From Candidatus Doudnabacteria bacterium (GTDB lineage: Bacteria; Patescibacteriota; Doudnabacteria; UBA920): 64,000 nt of DNA. The position numbers and the translations under genes are program-made. This document shows, in pieces, positions 10,175-20,755 of the stretch. The stretch covers positions 254,305 through 318,304 of the forward strand of contig CAVYGQ010000001.1 of assembly GCA_963768175.1 (NCBI GenBank), in the 5' to 3' direction. Positions within the stretch are counted from its first letter, which is position 1; every line of letters starts with the position of its first letter. The notes below the pieces were generated by a model, which saw only the letters and a program-made list of their open reading frames with translations, did no database searches and had not been told where the DNA came from.

Positions 10175-10777
10175 ATGCCGGAATTTGACCCAAATAAAGA
10201 GCCTTCTTTGCGGCCGGAGCAAAAACAGCCTGAAGAGCAGCCCGCCAAACCGACACAAATTTCCGAAAAAACTTTGGTTACGCAATTGGCTATGCGAACA
10301 TTTGAGAAAGGCTTGCGGACAATCGTTTTAAAACAACGAGAATATACGGAGCAAGAATTGGAGAGACTCTTTAATTTAGATTTTGAAAGCGTATTACTAA
10401 AATTTTTACCAAGGCGAACCACGTTCCAAAAAGTCGCTAAGCCGGGACGATCTCCGGCTTATGTATTTACTAGTATAATTAACGAACCCTTAATAGACCC
10501 GGATATAGAACTTGAGGGGACGGTTGCGGCTGCCCACAGAAAGAAAGCTTCGCGGACAGCAGGACAAGATGAGGCTTTTAAAAAAGCTCGGGAACAAATA
10601 TCAGAATTTCTGCAAAATCAACCAAAACAAAGGTTTACATCCGTCCAAATCGCTGAAGCTCTGGGCATCCCCAAACCGCTTGTTACGTCCAGCCTGCAAA
10701 TTCTTATGAGGTCAAAAACCAGCCAACTCACTTCCGTAATAGAAAAAGGCACGACTTTTTTTACGCGTCGACAATAA
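10175..10777 (+). CDS. hypothetical protein with a C-terminal winged HTH
   Basis: FTSVQIAEALGIPKPLVTSSLQIL matches an HTH pattern. Confidence 0.6.
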   Translation: MPEFDPNKEPSLRPEQKQPEEQPAKPTQISEKTLVTQLAMRTFEKGLRTIVLKQREYTEQELERLFNLDFESVLLKFLPRRTTFQKVAKPGRSPAYVFTSIINEPLIDPDIELEGTVAAAHRKKASRTAGQDEAFKKAREQISEFLQNQPKQRFTSVQIAEALGIPKPLVTSSLQILMRSKTSQLTSVIEKGTTFFTRRQ

Positions 10778-10836
10778 GCAAGAATAAACATGAAAATAGT
10801 ATTGGTTACAAATATTAAGGGCAATAAAGGATAAAT

Positions 10837-11148
10837 ATGCCGATTCGTCATACTTTTTTTAATCAAAACGAAAAGGAGGCTGAAAAATATGAACATGCAA
10901 AAAAACTTTCTCCTGATGTTTTTAAAGAAAGACAAAAAATAGTTGATGAGCTTAAAGCCGACTTTCTTAGAAGGGCGCAAAATTTAAAATTGGGAATAAA
11001 ATATTCCAGCGATCACTTGGTAACAAATATATTTGAACTCCGTTTTGAGGAAGGATTGCAGAAATTGCTTAAAGACCATACGGAATATGAAAAAGTCGGC
11101 AATGATTTTATTTTTACGCACATAGACCCAATGCCAGATGGTGAATAA
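10837..11148 (+). CDS. hypothetical protein
   Basis: 103-aa ORF overlapping the start of the PIN gene. Confidence 0.55.
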   Translation: MPIRHTFFNQNEKEAEKYEHAKKLSPDVFKERQKIVDELKADFLRRAQNLKLGIKYSSDHLVTNIFELRFEEGLQKLLKDHTEYEKVGNDFIFTHIDPMPDGE

Positions 11149-11593
11149 CATAAAAATTGTTTTGGATACTAACGTTTTAATTAATGGCTTTAAAGACGAG
11201 TATTCTTACGAAAAAAAGATTATTGACGCCGTAATTGCTGGAGAAATTGAGGCATCCGCCAATAAGCAGACTTTGCGGGAAAACAGGCTCATAAGTTCGG
11301 AATTGATTGATAACGACGAATACAAAAACCAGCTCAACGATTTATTCGCGCAAATTAACTGGGTGAAAAACCTTCGGCAAATCCGCGTTGTTTCCGACCC
11401 GGAAGACAATAAAATTCTGGAAAGCGCTGTGGAAGCCGGCGCGGATTATTTAATTACTTCCGATAATGCACTGTTGGAAATAGGCAAATTCCAAAATGTG
11501 CAGATTGTAAACCCCGCCCAGTTTTGGGCAAATTATAAAGACGAAGGCATGGATTTGTGGAAACAGTGGACGAACTACATCAAAAACCGATAA
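11138..11593 (+). CDS. PIN domain protein (putative toxin family)
   Basis: IVLDTNVL, DPEDNKILESA and ADYLITSDNALL motifs. Confidence 0.9.
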   Translation: MVNNIKIVLDTNVLINGFKDEYSYEKKIIDAVIAGEIEASANKQTLRENRLISSELIDNDEYKNQLNDLFAQINWVKNLRQIRVVSDPEDNKILESAVEAGADYLITSDNALLEIGKFQNVQIVNPAQFWANYKDEGMDLWKQWTNYIKNR

Positions 11594-11672
11594 CCGACCC
11601 GAATCCACGAATTGTACCCGAATTATCCGAATTCGTGTCATTCGGGTGCTATTTGTATATTAGTGTCGCTTT

Positions 11673-14600
11673 ATGGATAAACTTCTGGAAAACTTAAATA
11701 AAGAACAAATTGAAGCCGTCACCCACAAAGACGGTCCATTGTTAATTGTGGCCGGGGCAGGGACCGGGAAGACCACGGTTATAACCCGCAGGATCGCTTA
11801 CCTTATAGAACAAAAATTGGCTAAGCCCGATGAAATTTTAGCAGTGACTTTTACCGACAAAGCGGCCGGCGAAATGCAGGAGCGGGTGGATGTGCTATTG
11901 CCCATCGGCTACGTGGACACCTGGGTTTCCACGTTCCATAGTTTTTGTGATCGCGTCTTAAAGACCCATGCTTTGGACATCGGGCTTTCCAATGACTTTG
12001 AACTTTTGGACGCCACAAAGCAATGGGTACTGGTTTATAACAATTTTGAAAAGTTCAATTTGGATTATTACCGCCCTTTGGGCAACCCGGGAAAATTTAT
12101 CGGCGGCCTGCTTTCGCATTTCTCCAAGTGCAAAGACGAACTTATTACACCGGAAGAATACATGGATTATGCCCAATCCTTACGCCTGCAAATGGATCAG
12201 CCCCAAATAACCCAAAAAAAAGATTTGGAGGGCGTGGACGAAACGGAAATTTCCCGTTTGGAGGAAGTTGCCAACGCCTATCACGTTTACCAAAAACTTT
12301 TGCTGGATAACAATTATTTAGATTTTGGCGATCTGATAAATTACACTCTACTGTTGTTTCAAAAACGCCCGCAAATTTTGAAATATTACCAAAGTAAATT
12401 CAAGTTTATAATGGTGGACGAATTCCAGGACACCAATTTTGCCCAGTACCAGCTGGTTAAACTTTTATCCGGGGAAAAACAAAACGTGGCGGTTGTGGGC
12501 GATGACGACCAATCCATTTACAAATTCCGCGGCGCCAGCGTGTCCAATATTCTAAAATTCAAGGACGATTATCCAAAACTTAAAGAAATTACGCTGGCGG
12601 AGAATTACCGCAGCGGCAAACAGATTCTGGACCTGGCTTATAAATTTATCCAGCAAAACAACCCCGACAGGCTGGAAATTAAACTTAAAATCAACAAGGA
12701 GCTTAAAGCCAACGTGACGGAGCCAGGGGCCGTGGAAGTTTTGGAAGCGCCAGATTTAAACGCAGAATTAAACGAGATTGTCAAAAGAACCATTAAAGTA
12801 AAAACCCAAAAAAAATCCTGGAATGATTTTGCTATTTTAATAAGGAGCAACAACATGGCCGAACTGCTTTTACCGGCACTGGAAAACGCCCAAATTCCCC
12901 ACACGTTTTTGGCTAATACGGGTTTGTATAAAAAGCCCATCATTTTGGATCTTTTGGCTTACTTAAAGCTTTTGGACAATGTCCATGACTCTTTTTCGCT
13001 TTACCGCGTTCTTAACATCCCTTTGTTTAAGTTAAGCGTCCACGACATAGCTGGTATCCTGGAATTTTCCCAGAAAAAAACATTGAGCCTGTTTGAAACT
13101 TTGGAGCAACTGAAAATCGGCACCATGCTTACCGAGCAGGCGCGAAAAAAATTGCAAATTTTAACGTCCAATTTGCACAGGCACCACGCTTTAGCGCAGG
13201 GCAAAAGCGCCGCGGAAACCGCGGTGGAAATAATCAAGGACTTAAAAATGGCCGAGCGGCTGGAAGACGAAACTCCGGAAAATGCCCAAAACAGGGAACT
13301 AATAGAACAGTTCTACAAAAAAATAGAAAATTTTGAGGGCGAAAGCAAAGACAAGAGCCTGCATAATTTTTTACGCATATTGGAGTTGGAAGAAGAGGCG
13401 GGCGACGAGGGGAAAATCAACTTTAACCCAGATGAAGGCCCTGAAAGCTTAAAAGTTTTAACCGTCCACAGTGCCAAGGGCTTGGAATTTGAAAATGTTT
13501 TTGTGATAAATTTGGTAGACAAACGATTCCCGACCCTGGGTAAAAAAGATCCCATAGAAATTCCCAAAGAGCTTATTAAGGATATTTTGCCGCAAGGCGA
13601 CTTTCATTTGCAGGAGGAGCGGCGCTTGTTTTATGTGGCGGTGACGCGCGCCAAAAAAAACCTGTTTCTGACCTGGGCAAAGGACTATGGCGGCAAGCTA
13701 ACCAAAAAACCTTCTCAGTTTTTAGTGGAATCCGGTTTGGTGCCGAGCGATAAAACAACGCGGGCAACGGGCAAAGTTGTTTTTAATAAGGCACCTGCCA
13801 AAAAATCCCAAACTTTTCAGGTTTTACCCGAAAAGTTTTCCTATTCCCAGCTTAAAGATTTTGAAGCCTGCCCGCTAAAATATAAATACCAATATTACTT
13901 AAAACTGCCCGTCCAAGGAAGCCCGTATTTAAGTTTCGGCAACACTATCCACAAAGTTTTTGAAGAATATTTGCGGCAGTTTAGGGACGCAGGCACTTTT
14001 GCCCAGCAAGATTTGTTCGGCAAAAGCAAAACTGTCCCCGCTTTGCCCTGTTTTGAGGTACTTGAAAAACTTTACGAAAAAAATTGGATAGACGAATGGT
14101 ATCAAACCAAAAAACAAAAAGAAGATTATTTTACGCGGGGCAAACAAATGCTAAAACAATTTTATGACGAATGCCAAGCCAATAAGCCGGCGCCTAAATA
14201 TATAGAACAATCGTTTAATTTATTTTTGGACAAATTCAGGCTCGTGGGAAGAATTGACAGGGCCGACAAAACTCCGCAAGGGCTGGTAATTTACGATTAT
14301 AAAACAGGCAGGCTCCCTAAAAAATCGGAAAAAAAGGATATTGACCAGCTGTATATTTACCAATGGGCCGCACAGGAATACTTAAAAGAAAAAGTTATCG
14401 ACCTTAGGTATTGGTATTTGCAGGAAAAGCATAAGCAGTTTTTGACGGAAGAACTGGCGTCAGCCGAAGATGTCGTGAAGTTAAAACATGAGCTTCTGGA
14501 ACTTATGCATCGAGTTGTGGAGACCATTAAATTTGATCGTTTCAAGGAAGAACACAAAAAAACCAGGGAGCATAAATGCGAATTTGAGGACTTGGAATGA
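11673..14600 (+). CDS. UvrD/PcrA-like helicase with a C-terminal PD-(D/E)XK nuclease
   Basis: AGAGTGKT, VDEFQD, TVHSAKGLEF and EERRLFYVAVTRA, then FSYSQL..CPLKY, GRIDRAD and IYDYKTG. Confidence 0.94.
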   Translation: MDKLLENLNKEQIEAVTHKDGPLLIVAGAGTGKTTVITRRIAYLIEQKLAKPDEILAVTFTDKAAGEMQERVDVLLPIGYVDTWVSTFHSFCDRVLKTHALDIGLSNDFELLDATKQWVLVYNNFEKFNLDYYRPLGNPGKFIGGLLSHFSKCKDELITPEEYMDYAQSLRLQMDQPQITQKKDLEGVDETEISRLEEVANAYHVYQKLLLDNNYLDFGDLINYTLLLFQKRPQILKYYQSKFKFIMVDEFQDTNFAQYQLVKLLSGEKQNVAVVGDDDQSIYKFRGASVSNILKFKDDYPKLKEITLAENYRSGKQILDLAYKFIQQNNPDRLEIKLKINKELKANVTEPGAVEVLEAPDLNAELNEIVKRTIKVKTQKKSWNDFAILIRSNNMAELLLPALENAQIPHTFLANTGLYKKPIILDLLAYLKLLDNVHDSFSLYRVLNIPLFKLSVHDIAGILEFSQKKTLSLFETLEQLKIGTMLTEQARKKLQILTSNLHRHHALAQGKSAAETAVEIIKDLKMAERLEDETPENAQNRELIEQFYKKIENFEGESKDKSLHNFLRILELEEEAGDEGKINFNPDEGPESLKVLTVHSAKGLEFENVFVINLVDKRFPTLGKKDPIEIPKELIKDILPQGDFHLQEERRLFYVAVTRAKKNLFLTWAKDYGGKLTKKPSQFLVESGLVPSDKTTRATGKVVFNKAPAKKSQTFQVLPEKFSYSQLKDFEACPLKYKYQYYLKLPVQGSPYLSFGNTIHKVFEEYLRQFRDAGTFAQQDLFGKSKTVPALPCFEVLEKLYEKNWIDEWYQTKKQKEDYFTRGKQMLKQFYDECQANKPAPKYIEQSFNLFLDKFRLVGRIDRADKTPQGLVIYDYKTGRLPKKSEKKDIDQLYIYQWAAQEYLKEKVIDLRYWYLQEKHKQFLTEELASAEDVVKLKHELLELMHRVVETIKFDRFKEEHKKTREHKCEFEDLE

Positions 14601-14712
14601 TTTTGCTGTCTTTACTAACTACTAATCAATGCTAATATGCTAAACCCCGCAAAGGTAAGTTCGTATATTAGTAAAAATTCATAGTTAGCAAAACCAGAAT
14701 ATTTGTGGTATA

Positions 14713-15093
14713 ATGTTTATGTCAACAAGCCCAAAACAACAACTATTTTTAATTGCTTTTAGCACTTTTTTAGCCGCTTTCTCGCTCGGTTCCATAATTA
14801 GTTTTACCGATCCCACAAGTAGTTCTTGGGTGACATTTGGGTTTTTTTACGTAAGCTTGCTTATTTTTTGTTTAGGCTTGTTTGCGCTTATTGGCCTCGG
14901 GCTTAGGCAAAAACTTTACCCCGGGCATTACGTAATAAATTTGGGCAACAGCTTTAGGCAGGGATTTTTCATTGCTATTTTAGTAGTCGCCTCATTCGTG
15001 CTTTTGTCCAAACATTTGTTGTTTTGGTGGGTAGAGCTAAGCTTAATTTTATTTTTAGCGGCCGTGGAAGCCTTTTTGAACTTAAAAATTTGA
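14713..15093 (+). CDS. 4-TM membrane protein
   Basis: Four hydrophobic segments. Confidence 0.75.
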   Translation: MFMSTSPKQQLFLIAFSTFLAAFSLGSIISFTDPTSSSWVTFGFFYVSLLIFCLGLFALIGLGLRQKLYPGHYVINLGNSFRQGFFIAILVVASFVLLSKHLLFWWVELSLILFLAAVEAFLNLKI

Positions 15094-15115
15094 AACCAAT
15101 AAAATAAATACAAAT

Positions 15116-16633
15116 ATGGACGAACAAACACCTCTAAATTCTGATGCTTTTACTTCAAAATCGGAACCGCAAAGCGAAACTTTATCCTCCGCCCGGACCA
15201 AACCTCAAACAGGGGAGGATTTGGTATTTTTTAATGTCATGCCCAAAGCCAGCACCCAAAGCGCTTTTATTGAACCAAAAATGAAGGTTGCCGTAATATC
15301 TGAAGAAGCCCCTGCCAAAACCAAAAACGGCTTTATGGAAATTTTTAAAAAATATAAACTATATATATTTATCGGGTTAGGCATTCTGGTTGCCGGAGCC
15401 GGAATATATTTTTTGATAAATTTTATAACCACGATTGGCTTAAACAGCTACAAAGCTGAAAATCTCCTGGTACAGCACCAGGCAAACCAAGCCCAAAAAC
15501 CGCAAACCCAAAGTCCCCAAACCACAGGGCAAACGGATTTTACGACGCCACAAACATGGAGAGATCATTATTTTACGGGCTGTACTGACGTAAAAGTCTG
15601 CGGCGATGACGCCGACCCAGACCACGACGGGCTTACCAATCTCCAGGAATACAAGTTAGGCACCGACCCAAATAATCCTGACTCCGACCAGGATGGCCTG
15701 GCCGACGGCGACGAAGTTAATGTTTTCGGCACCGACCCTTTAAACAGCCACACGGCCAATAATCCCAAATACTCCGACGCAGACTTTTTTAAGGGAGGCT
15801 ACGATATAACCACAAATAATAAAATGTCTGCCGCTCAAATTTCTGCTATAACGGCCAAAATGCAACAATTCGGCCTGCACGAACCAACCATTACCACTTT
15901 AAGCGGCGTGCTAGGCCCGTTATATAACTTTGCCGTCCCAAATTCCACGACCACCTCCACTTCAACCCAACCAAGCATGGCCAGCTCCACGAATCCAAAC
16001 GGGTTGGATGAATCAGTGGAAGCTAAGCAAGACCGCGACGCCCAGCGCTCGGACACCATAAAAAATTTGGAAATTGCCTTGGTTAAATACCAAACCGACA
16101 ATCAAGCTTACCCAGCGACCAATGACTTTAACGTCATGTATTTGGGAGTCAAACTTTACCTAAAAGTCGCGACAAACCCAATAGACCCAATTAACAAACC
16201 GCCTTACGTTTACTCCTACAGTTCCAATGCCAGCAGCTCCGATTTCAGTTTGTCTTTTTACAGCGAAGTTGCGGGCCAGCCGATAAGCAAAAATGCCGCC
16301 GACGCCATAAAAGACGCAAATAACGAGCAGTCAGCCATTTACGACAACCAAAGGGAAACCGATCTGGAAAGCATCAGAACGGCCCTGCTTTTATATTCCC
16401 AAAATAACGTCGCGGGCGGCCAGGATTACGTTTTCCCGACCAAAGGCAAATACAAAACCGCGATTGTGCCACAATATATTTCGGTAATACCAGTTGACCC
16501 GAAAACGGGAGCCGATTACGATTATGAAGTTTCGCCAACTTTTAACACCTTTACTTTAAAAACTTTGCTTGATAACCCGCCAACGGGAACCACAGGCTAT
16601 ATGTGCAACCAGGAAAACTGCCAAAATTACTAA
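15116..16633 (+). CDS. membrane-anchored surface protein with DxDxDG repeats and two pilin-like domains
   Basis: One TM helix, DPDHDGL/DSDQDGL repeats and a Thr/Ser linker, then RDAQRSDTIKNLEIALVKY..YP and DNQRETDLESIRTALLLY..FP..DP. Confidence 0.75.
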   Translation: MDEQTPLNSDAFTSKSEPQSETLSSARTKPQTGEDLVFFNVMPKASTQSAFIEPKMKVAVISEEAPAKTKNGFMEIFKKYKLYIFIGLGILVAGAGIYFLINFITTIGLNSYKAENLLVQHQANQAQKPQTQSPQTTGQTDFTTPQTWRDHYFTGCTDVKVCGDDADPDHDGLTNLQEYKLGTDPNNPDSDQDGLADGDEVNVFGTDPLNSHTANNPKYSDADFFKGGYDITTNNKMSAAQISAITAKMQQFGLHEPTITTLSGVLGPLYNFAVPNSTTTSTSTQPSMASSTNPNGLDESVEAKQDRDAQRSDTIKNLEIALVKYQTDNQAYPATNDFNVMYLGVKLYLKVATNPIDPINKPPYVYSYSSNASSSDFSLSFYSEVAGQPISKNAADAIKDANNEQSAIYDNQRETDLESIRTALLLYSQNNVAGGQDYVFPTKGKYKTAIVPQYISVIPVDPKTGADYDYEVSPTFNTFTLKTLLDNPPTGTTGYMCNQENCQNY

Positions 16634-16645
16634 ATACCCACCCTC

Positions 16646-16780
16646 GGCGTTATCCTGAGCGGAAGCGTTGTGATCTCAATCAAAGATTAAGAGGATTCTT
16701 CGCCCTTCACCCTTTCGGCTTCGCTCAGGGTGCCTTGAGCAAAGTCGAAAGGCAGATGCATTCGGGCTCAGAATGACGCC
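16646..16780. repeat. GTCATCCTGAG-family palindromic element with a nested element
   Basis: ggcgttatcctgagc...gctcagaatgacgcc termini. Internal ccctttcggcttcgctcagggtg. Confidence 0.8.
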
Positions 16781-16806
16781 AATAAAATAAGATTACTTCA
16801 GCTTTA

Positions 16807-17226
16807 ATGAAATTTTTTAACCAACTTTTTAAACGACTTTTTGGTAATAAACAATCTAACTTTGACGGCATTATTGCCGCCAAAGTTTTAGAAATACAAA
16901 AACACCCTAACGCGGACCGCTTAAGGATTGTAAAAGTTGATGCCGGAGATAAAATAATAGAGCCGATTGTATGCGGCGCGTTTAACTTTGACGCCGGCGC
17001 TATGGTAGCTTTGGCCTTGCCCGGGGCGAAAATCGCCCAAGACATCCATTCGCCTGACCACCAACCATTCGTATTGGGAAAAGCCAAAATTCGCGGCGTA
17101 GAGAGCCAAGGAATGATCTGCGCGGCCTTTGAACTCGGTCTCGCCAAAGAGCCCGGGCAGGGGATTATGCTGTTAAAAGATAATATTACGCCGGGTAGCA
17201 CATTTTCTCCCGAAATGGTAAAATAA
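16807..17226 (+). CDS. stand-alone tRNA-binding OB-fold protein (PheT B2/YtpR-like)
   Basis: HPNADRL, IVCGAFN and KIRGVESQGMIC motifs. Confidence 0.9.
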   Translation: MKFFNQLFKRLFGNKQSNFDGIIAAKVLEIQKHPNADRLRIVKVDAGDKIIEPIVCGAFNFDAGAMVALALPGAKIAQDIHSPDHQPFVLGKAKIRGVESQGMICAAFELGLAKEPGQGIMLLKDNITPGSTFSPEMVK

Positions 17227-17318
17227 TTTAACTATATGACCTCACTTTGGGTATCAATAATAACTTTCGTTTTGCTAACCCTGTTATATTGGTGGAGGCC
17301 TGGGAAAAAATAATTTTT

Positions 17319-18461
17319 ATGACTGAGAATATTGTTATTTCAACCACGGAAGAAAACCGTTTAAAAAAAGAACTGGAAAAACGCACCGACTTTGAGGCTC
17401 AGCGCATAAGGCGGTATTTAAGCATGCCGGATTTGTCGCGCACCCCTGGACACCCACTTTATGAAATTGTCCAGCGAATCTTAAATTGGCCTTATTTTAA
17501 AGACTTGGATGTAATCGAAGTACCGGAAATTGTTCCTGCCAATATAAGTTTTGATTTATTTGATTTTCCGGCAGACCATCCTGCCAGAAGCAAGTCAGAT
17601 ACTTATTACGTTGATGAAAAAAATATTTTGCGCACCCATACAACCGTAATGTGGTATTATTATCTGCGGGACGAAAAAATCAAAAAACGCATGGCTGCCG
17701 ACGAACCGGTCGGCTGTTTCAGTTTTGGCAAAGTTTATCGCAAGGACGAGATAGACCGATATCATATGAATGTTTTTCATCAAATTGATGGCTGGTATCT
17801 TGCGCCGAAAGACAAAAAAGTTATTGGGATAGACATTTTAAAAGAAGCTTTGTCAAATTTTGCACAAGCTGTTTTTGGAACAGATGTCCAAGTACGCTTT
17901 AACAAAGATACGTTCCCATATACTGATCCTTCTTTGGAAATGGAAGTGAAAAAAGGCGATCAATGGTTGGAAGTAGCCGGAGCCGGTGTAGTAAAAGGAA
18001 GTGTTTTGGAAAAATTCGGCGTTGATTCTTCAAAATGGAACGGCTGGGCTTTTGGGCCGGGCATAGAACGTTTTGCGCTTATTTCGATAGACTTGCCGGA
18101 CATCCGCCTATTATGGTCAACCGACCCAAGAGTAACCAAGCAATTACATCTTGGACAAAAATTTGTGGAAGTCAGCAAATACCCGCCAATTACCCGCGAT
18201 ATATCTTTTGTTGTCGGCAGCGATTTTGTGCCCAACAACTATTTTGACCTAATCCGCGACATTGGCGGCGACCTTGTGGAGCAAGTGAAGCTTTTGGATA
18301 AGTACCAGGACGAAAAAAAGTTCGGTCCGGGAAAAGTCAGCTATACCTACCGCGTGGTCTATCGCAGTCCCGAACGGACGCTGAAAACCGATGAAGTTGA
18401 GCCCTTGCAAAACAAGCTTTACGAGCAAACCAAAGAGCAATACAACGCCCAATTACGATAA
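17319..18461 (+). CDS. pheS: single-chain phenylalanine--tRNA ligase (alpha catalytic domain fused to an FDX-ACB domain)
   Basis: HPARSKSDTYY, LRTHTT, FHQIDG, FPYTDPSLE and GWAFGPGIER, then SKYPPITRDISF...YRSPERTL. Confidence 0.92.
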   Translation: MTENIVISTTEENRLKKELEKRTDFEAQRIRRYLSMPDLSRTPGHPLYEIVQRILNWPYFKDLDVIEVPEIVPANISFDLFDFPADHPARSKSDTYYVDEKNILRTHTTVMWYYYLRDEKIKKRMAADEPVGCFSFGKVYRKDEIDRYHMNVFHQIDGWYLAPKDKKVIGIDILKEALSNFAQAVFGTDVQVRFNKDTFPYTDPSLEMEVKKGDQWLEVAGAGVVKGSVLEKFGVDSSKWNGWAFGPGIERFALISIDLPDIRLLWSTDPRVTKQLHLGQKFVEVSKYPPITRDISFVVGSDFVPNNYFDLIRDIGGDLVEQVKLLDKYQDEKKFGPGKVSYTYRVVYRSPERTLKTDEVEPLQNKLYEQTKEQYNAQLR

Positions 18462-18462
18462 C

Positions 18463-18501
18463 ACAAGGGGCATCCTTTTGCTGCAAAAGGATGCCCCTTG
18501 T
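18463..18501. repeat. 39-nt ACAA...TTGT palindrome
   Basis: Exact reverse complement of 60782-60820 inside prfA. Confidence 0.92.
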
Positions 18502-18682
18502 TGGTAAGTAATTGTTGATAACTTTAAACCCAAATATCCCTCTTATTTAAGAGGGATATTTTATATTTTACCTCTAGATTTTTGGCTCAAATTATGCTAC
18601 AATATTAAGGTAAAATGACTACTTTAATTCATCTAAAAAAGTTGTATCATGATACCTAATTCCTGATACTTATTTTTATTTT

Positions 18683-20755
18683 ATGGCTAAAAAAGAAGAC
18701 CAAAAAAAGAAACCCTCTGGCGGGTATACCGCGGAAAATATTACGGTATTAGAGGGGCTGGAGCCGGTGCGCAAGCGCCCGGGCATGTACATTGGATCAA
18801 CCAGCGAGAGCGGGCTTCACCATTTGGTATGGGAAGTCGTGGACAACTCCGTAGACGAAGCCATGGGCGGCAATGCCACAAAAATCGGCGTGTTGCTGCA
18901 AAAAGACGGCGGCGTTATGGTAGTGGACAACGGCCGCGGCATCCCGGTAGACATCCACAAAACCACCAAAAAATCCGCGCTGGAAACCGTGCTCACGGTT
19001 TTACATGCCGGCGGCAAATTCGGCGGAGCTGCTTCCGGCTACAAAGTATCCGGCGGTCTTCACGGCGTGGGCGTTAGTGTCGTCAACGCTTTGTCAACTT
19101 TATTAATCGCGCAAGTCAAACGCGACGGAAAAATCTACGAACAAAAATACAAAATTGGCAAGGCGCAAGGAGCAGTTAAAGTTATTGGCAAGGTAGACAA
19201 AGACGATCCCGACCAAACCGGAACTTCTATAACTTTTTATCCCGACACAAGCGTTTTTGAAACCACGGAGTTTAAGCTTAAAACCGTGCTGGAACATTTG
19301 CGCAGCCAGGCGTATTTGACCAAAGGCCTGCATTTTATCATAACCGACGAAAGAGTCGGGCTAACGTATCAATACTATTTTGAGGGCGGCATTTTAAGCT
19401 ATATCAAACAGCTCAACCGCAACAAAAAAGTAAAAAACGTCCCCATCTACATCAATAAATCGGTTGACGACATAATGGTGGAACTTGCCATCCAGTATAC
19501 GGACGATTTTGACGAACGGATTTTGGCTTACGCCAACAACGAATACAATCCCGAAGGCGGCATGCACGTTACGGGCTTCCGTACCGCCCTAACGCGGTCG
19601 ATTAACAACTACGCGACCAAAAACGGCTATGTTAAAGAAGCAGAGAAGCTGACCGGCGAAGATATGCGCGAAGGGTTAACCGCGATTATTTCCGTAAAAC
19701 TGCCTAACCCGCAATTTGAAGGGCAGACCAAAGCCAAGCTTGGAAACCCGGAAGTACGGACCGCGGTGGAGACCGTGGTCAACGATGCTTTGGAAATTTA
19801 TTTGGAAGAACATCCGCAGGAAGCCGGCAAAGTAATCGAAAAAGTTATTTTGGCGGCCAAAGCCCGCTTGGCGGCACGGGCGGCGCGCGATTCCGTAATC
19901 CGCAAGGGAGTTTTGGAAGGCTTAGCTTTGCCGGGTAAATTGGCCGATTGCAGCGAGAGTGACCCCGCAAAATGTGAAATGTACATTGTGGAGGGGGAAA
20001 GCGCCGGCGGCACGGCCAAACAGGGGCGCGACAGGCGGTTTCAGGCCATACTTTCCATGCGTGGTAAAATTTTAAACGTGGAGCGCGCGCGTTTAGACAG
20101 GATGCTCGGCAACCAAGAAATAAAAAATATTATCATCGCCTTGGGAGCCGGCATCGGCGATATGTTTGATGTTGCCAAATTAAGATATCATCGCATAGTA
20201 ATTATGACCGATGCCGACGTGGACGGCTCGCACATCCGTACGCTTTTACTGACGCTCTTTTATAGATATTTCCCGGACATTATCAAGAACGGCTACGTTT
20301 ACATTGCCCAGCCGCCGCTATTTAAAGTCCAGGTGGGTCGGGAATCCAAATACGCTTTTTCCGAAGACGAACGGGATAAAGTTCTAAAAGAATTGATCGC
20401 GCAGGTAAAAGATAAAAAAACGGCTGTCAAAAAAGGGAAAGCTGATGCCAAAAAAGCGCCTGGCGATGAGACGGCAGAGCCACAAGAAGAAATATCCACC
20501 GTGGAAGAAACCACAGGCGGCAACATTGACGGCGTAAGATATGGCATTCAGCGTTACAAAGGCCTTGGGGAAATGAACGCCGAACAGCTTTGGGAAACCA
20601 CCATGGATCCGCAAAACCGCGTCATGCTCCAGGTCAAACTGACCGATGCGGAAAAAGTCAGCGAAATTTTTGAAGTGTTGATGGGCGACGAAGTCGCTCC
20701 GCGAAAAAGATTTATTACCACCCACGCCAAGGCGGTGAAAAATCTAGATATCTAG
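18683..20755 (+). CDS. gyrB: DNA gyrase subunit B
   Basis: VRKRPGMYIG, EVVDNSVDE, GGLHGVG, VEGESAGG, TDADVDG and QRYKGLGEMN motifs. Confidence 0.97.
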   Translation: MAKKEDQKKKPSGGYTAENITVLEGLEPVRKRPGMYIGSTSESGLHHLVWEVVDNSVDEAMGGNATKIGVLLQKDGGVMVVDNGRGIPVDIHKTTKKSALETVLTVLHAGGKFGGAASGYKVSGGLHGVGVSVVNALSTLLIAQVKRDGKIYEQKYKIGKAQGAVKVIGKVDKDDPDQTGTSITFYPDTSVFETTEFKLKTVLEHLRSQAYLTKGLHFIITDERVGLTYQYYFEGGILSYIKQLNRNKKVKNVPIYINKSVDDIMVELAIQYTDDFDERILAYANNEYNPEGGMHVTGFRTALTRSINNYATKNGYVKEAEKLTGEDMREGLTAIISVKLPNPQFEGQTKAKLGNPEVRTAVETVVNDALEIYLEEHPQEAGKVIEKVILAAKARLAARAARDSVIRKGVLEGLALPGKLADCSESDPAKCEMYIVEGESAGGTAKQGRDRRFQAILSMRGKILNVERARLDRMLGNQEIKNIIIALGAGIGDMFDVAKLRYHRIVIMTDADVDGSHIRTLLLTLFYRYFPDIIKNGYVYIAQPPLFKVQVGRESKYAFSEDERDKVLKELIAQVKDKKTAVKKGKADAKKAPGDETAEPQEEISTVEETTGGNIDGVRYGIQRYKGLGEMNAEQLWETTMDPQNRVMLQVKLTDAEKVSEIFEVLMGDEVAPRKRFITTHAKAVKNLDI

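Noticed and set aside
10837-11593. VapBC toxin-antitoxin pair
   Set aside because: The overlap is suggestive, but the upstream ORF has no recognisable antitoxin fold, so the pair is not supportable from sequence alone.
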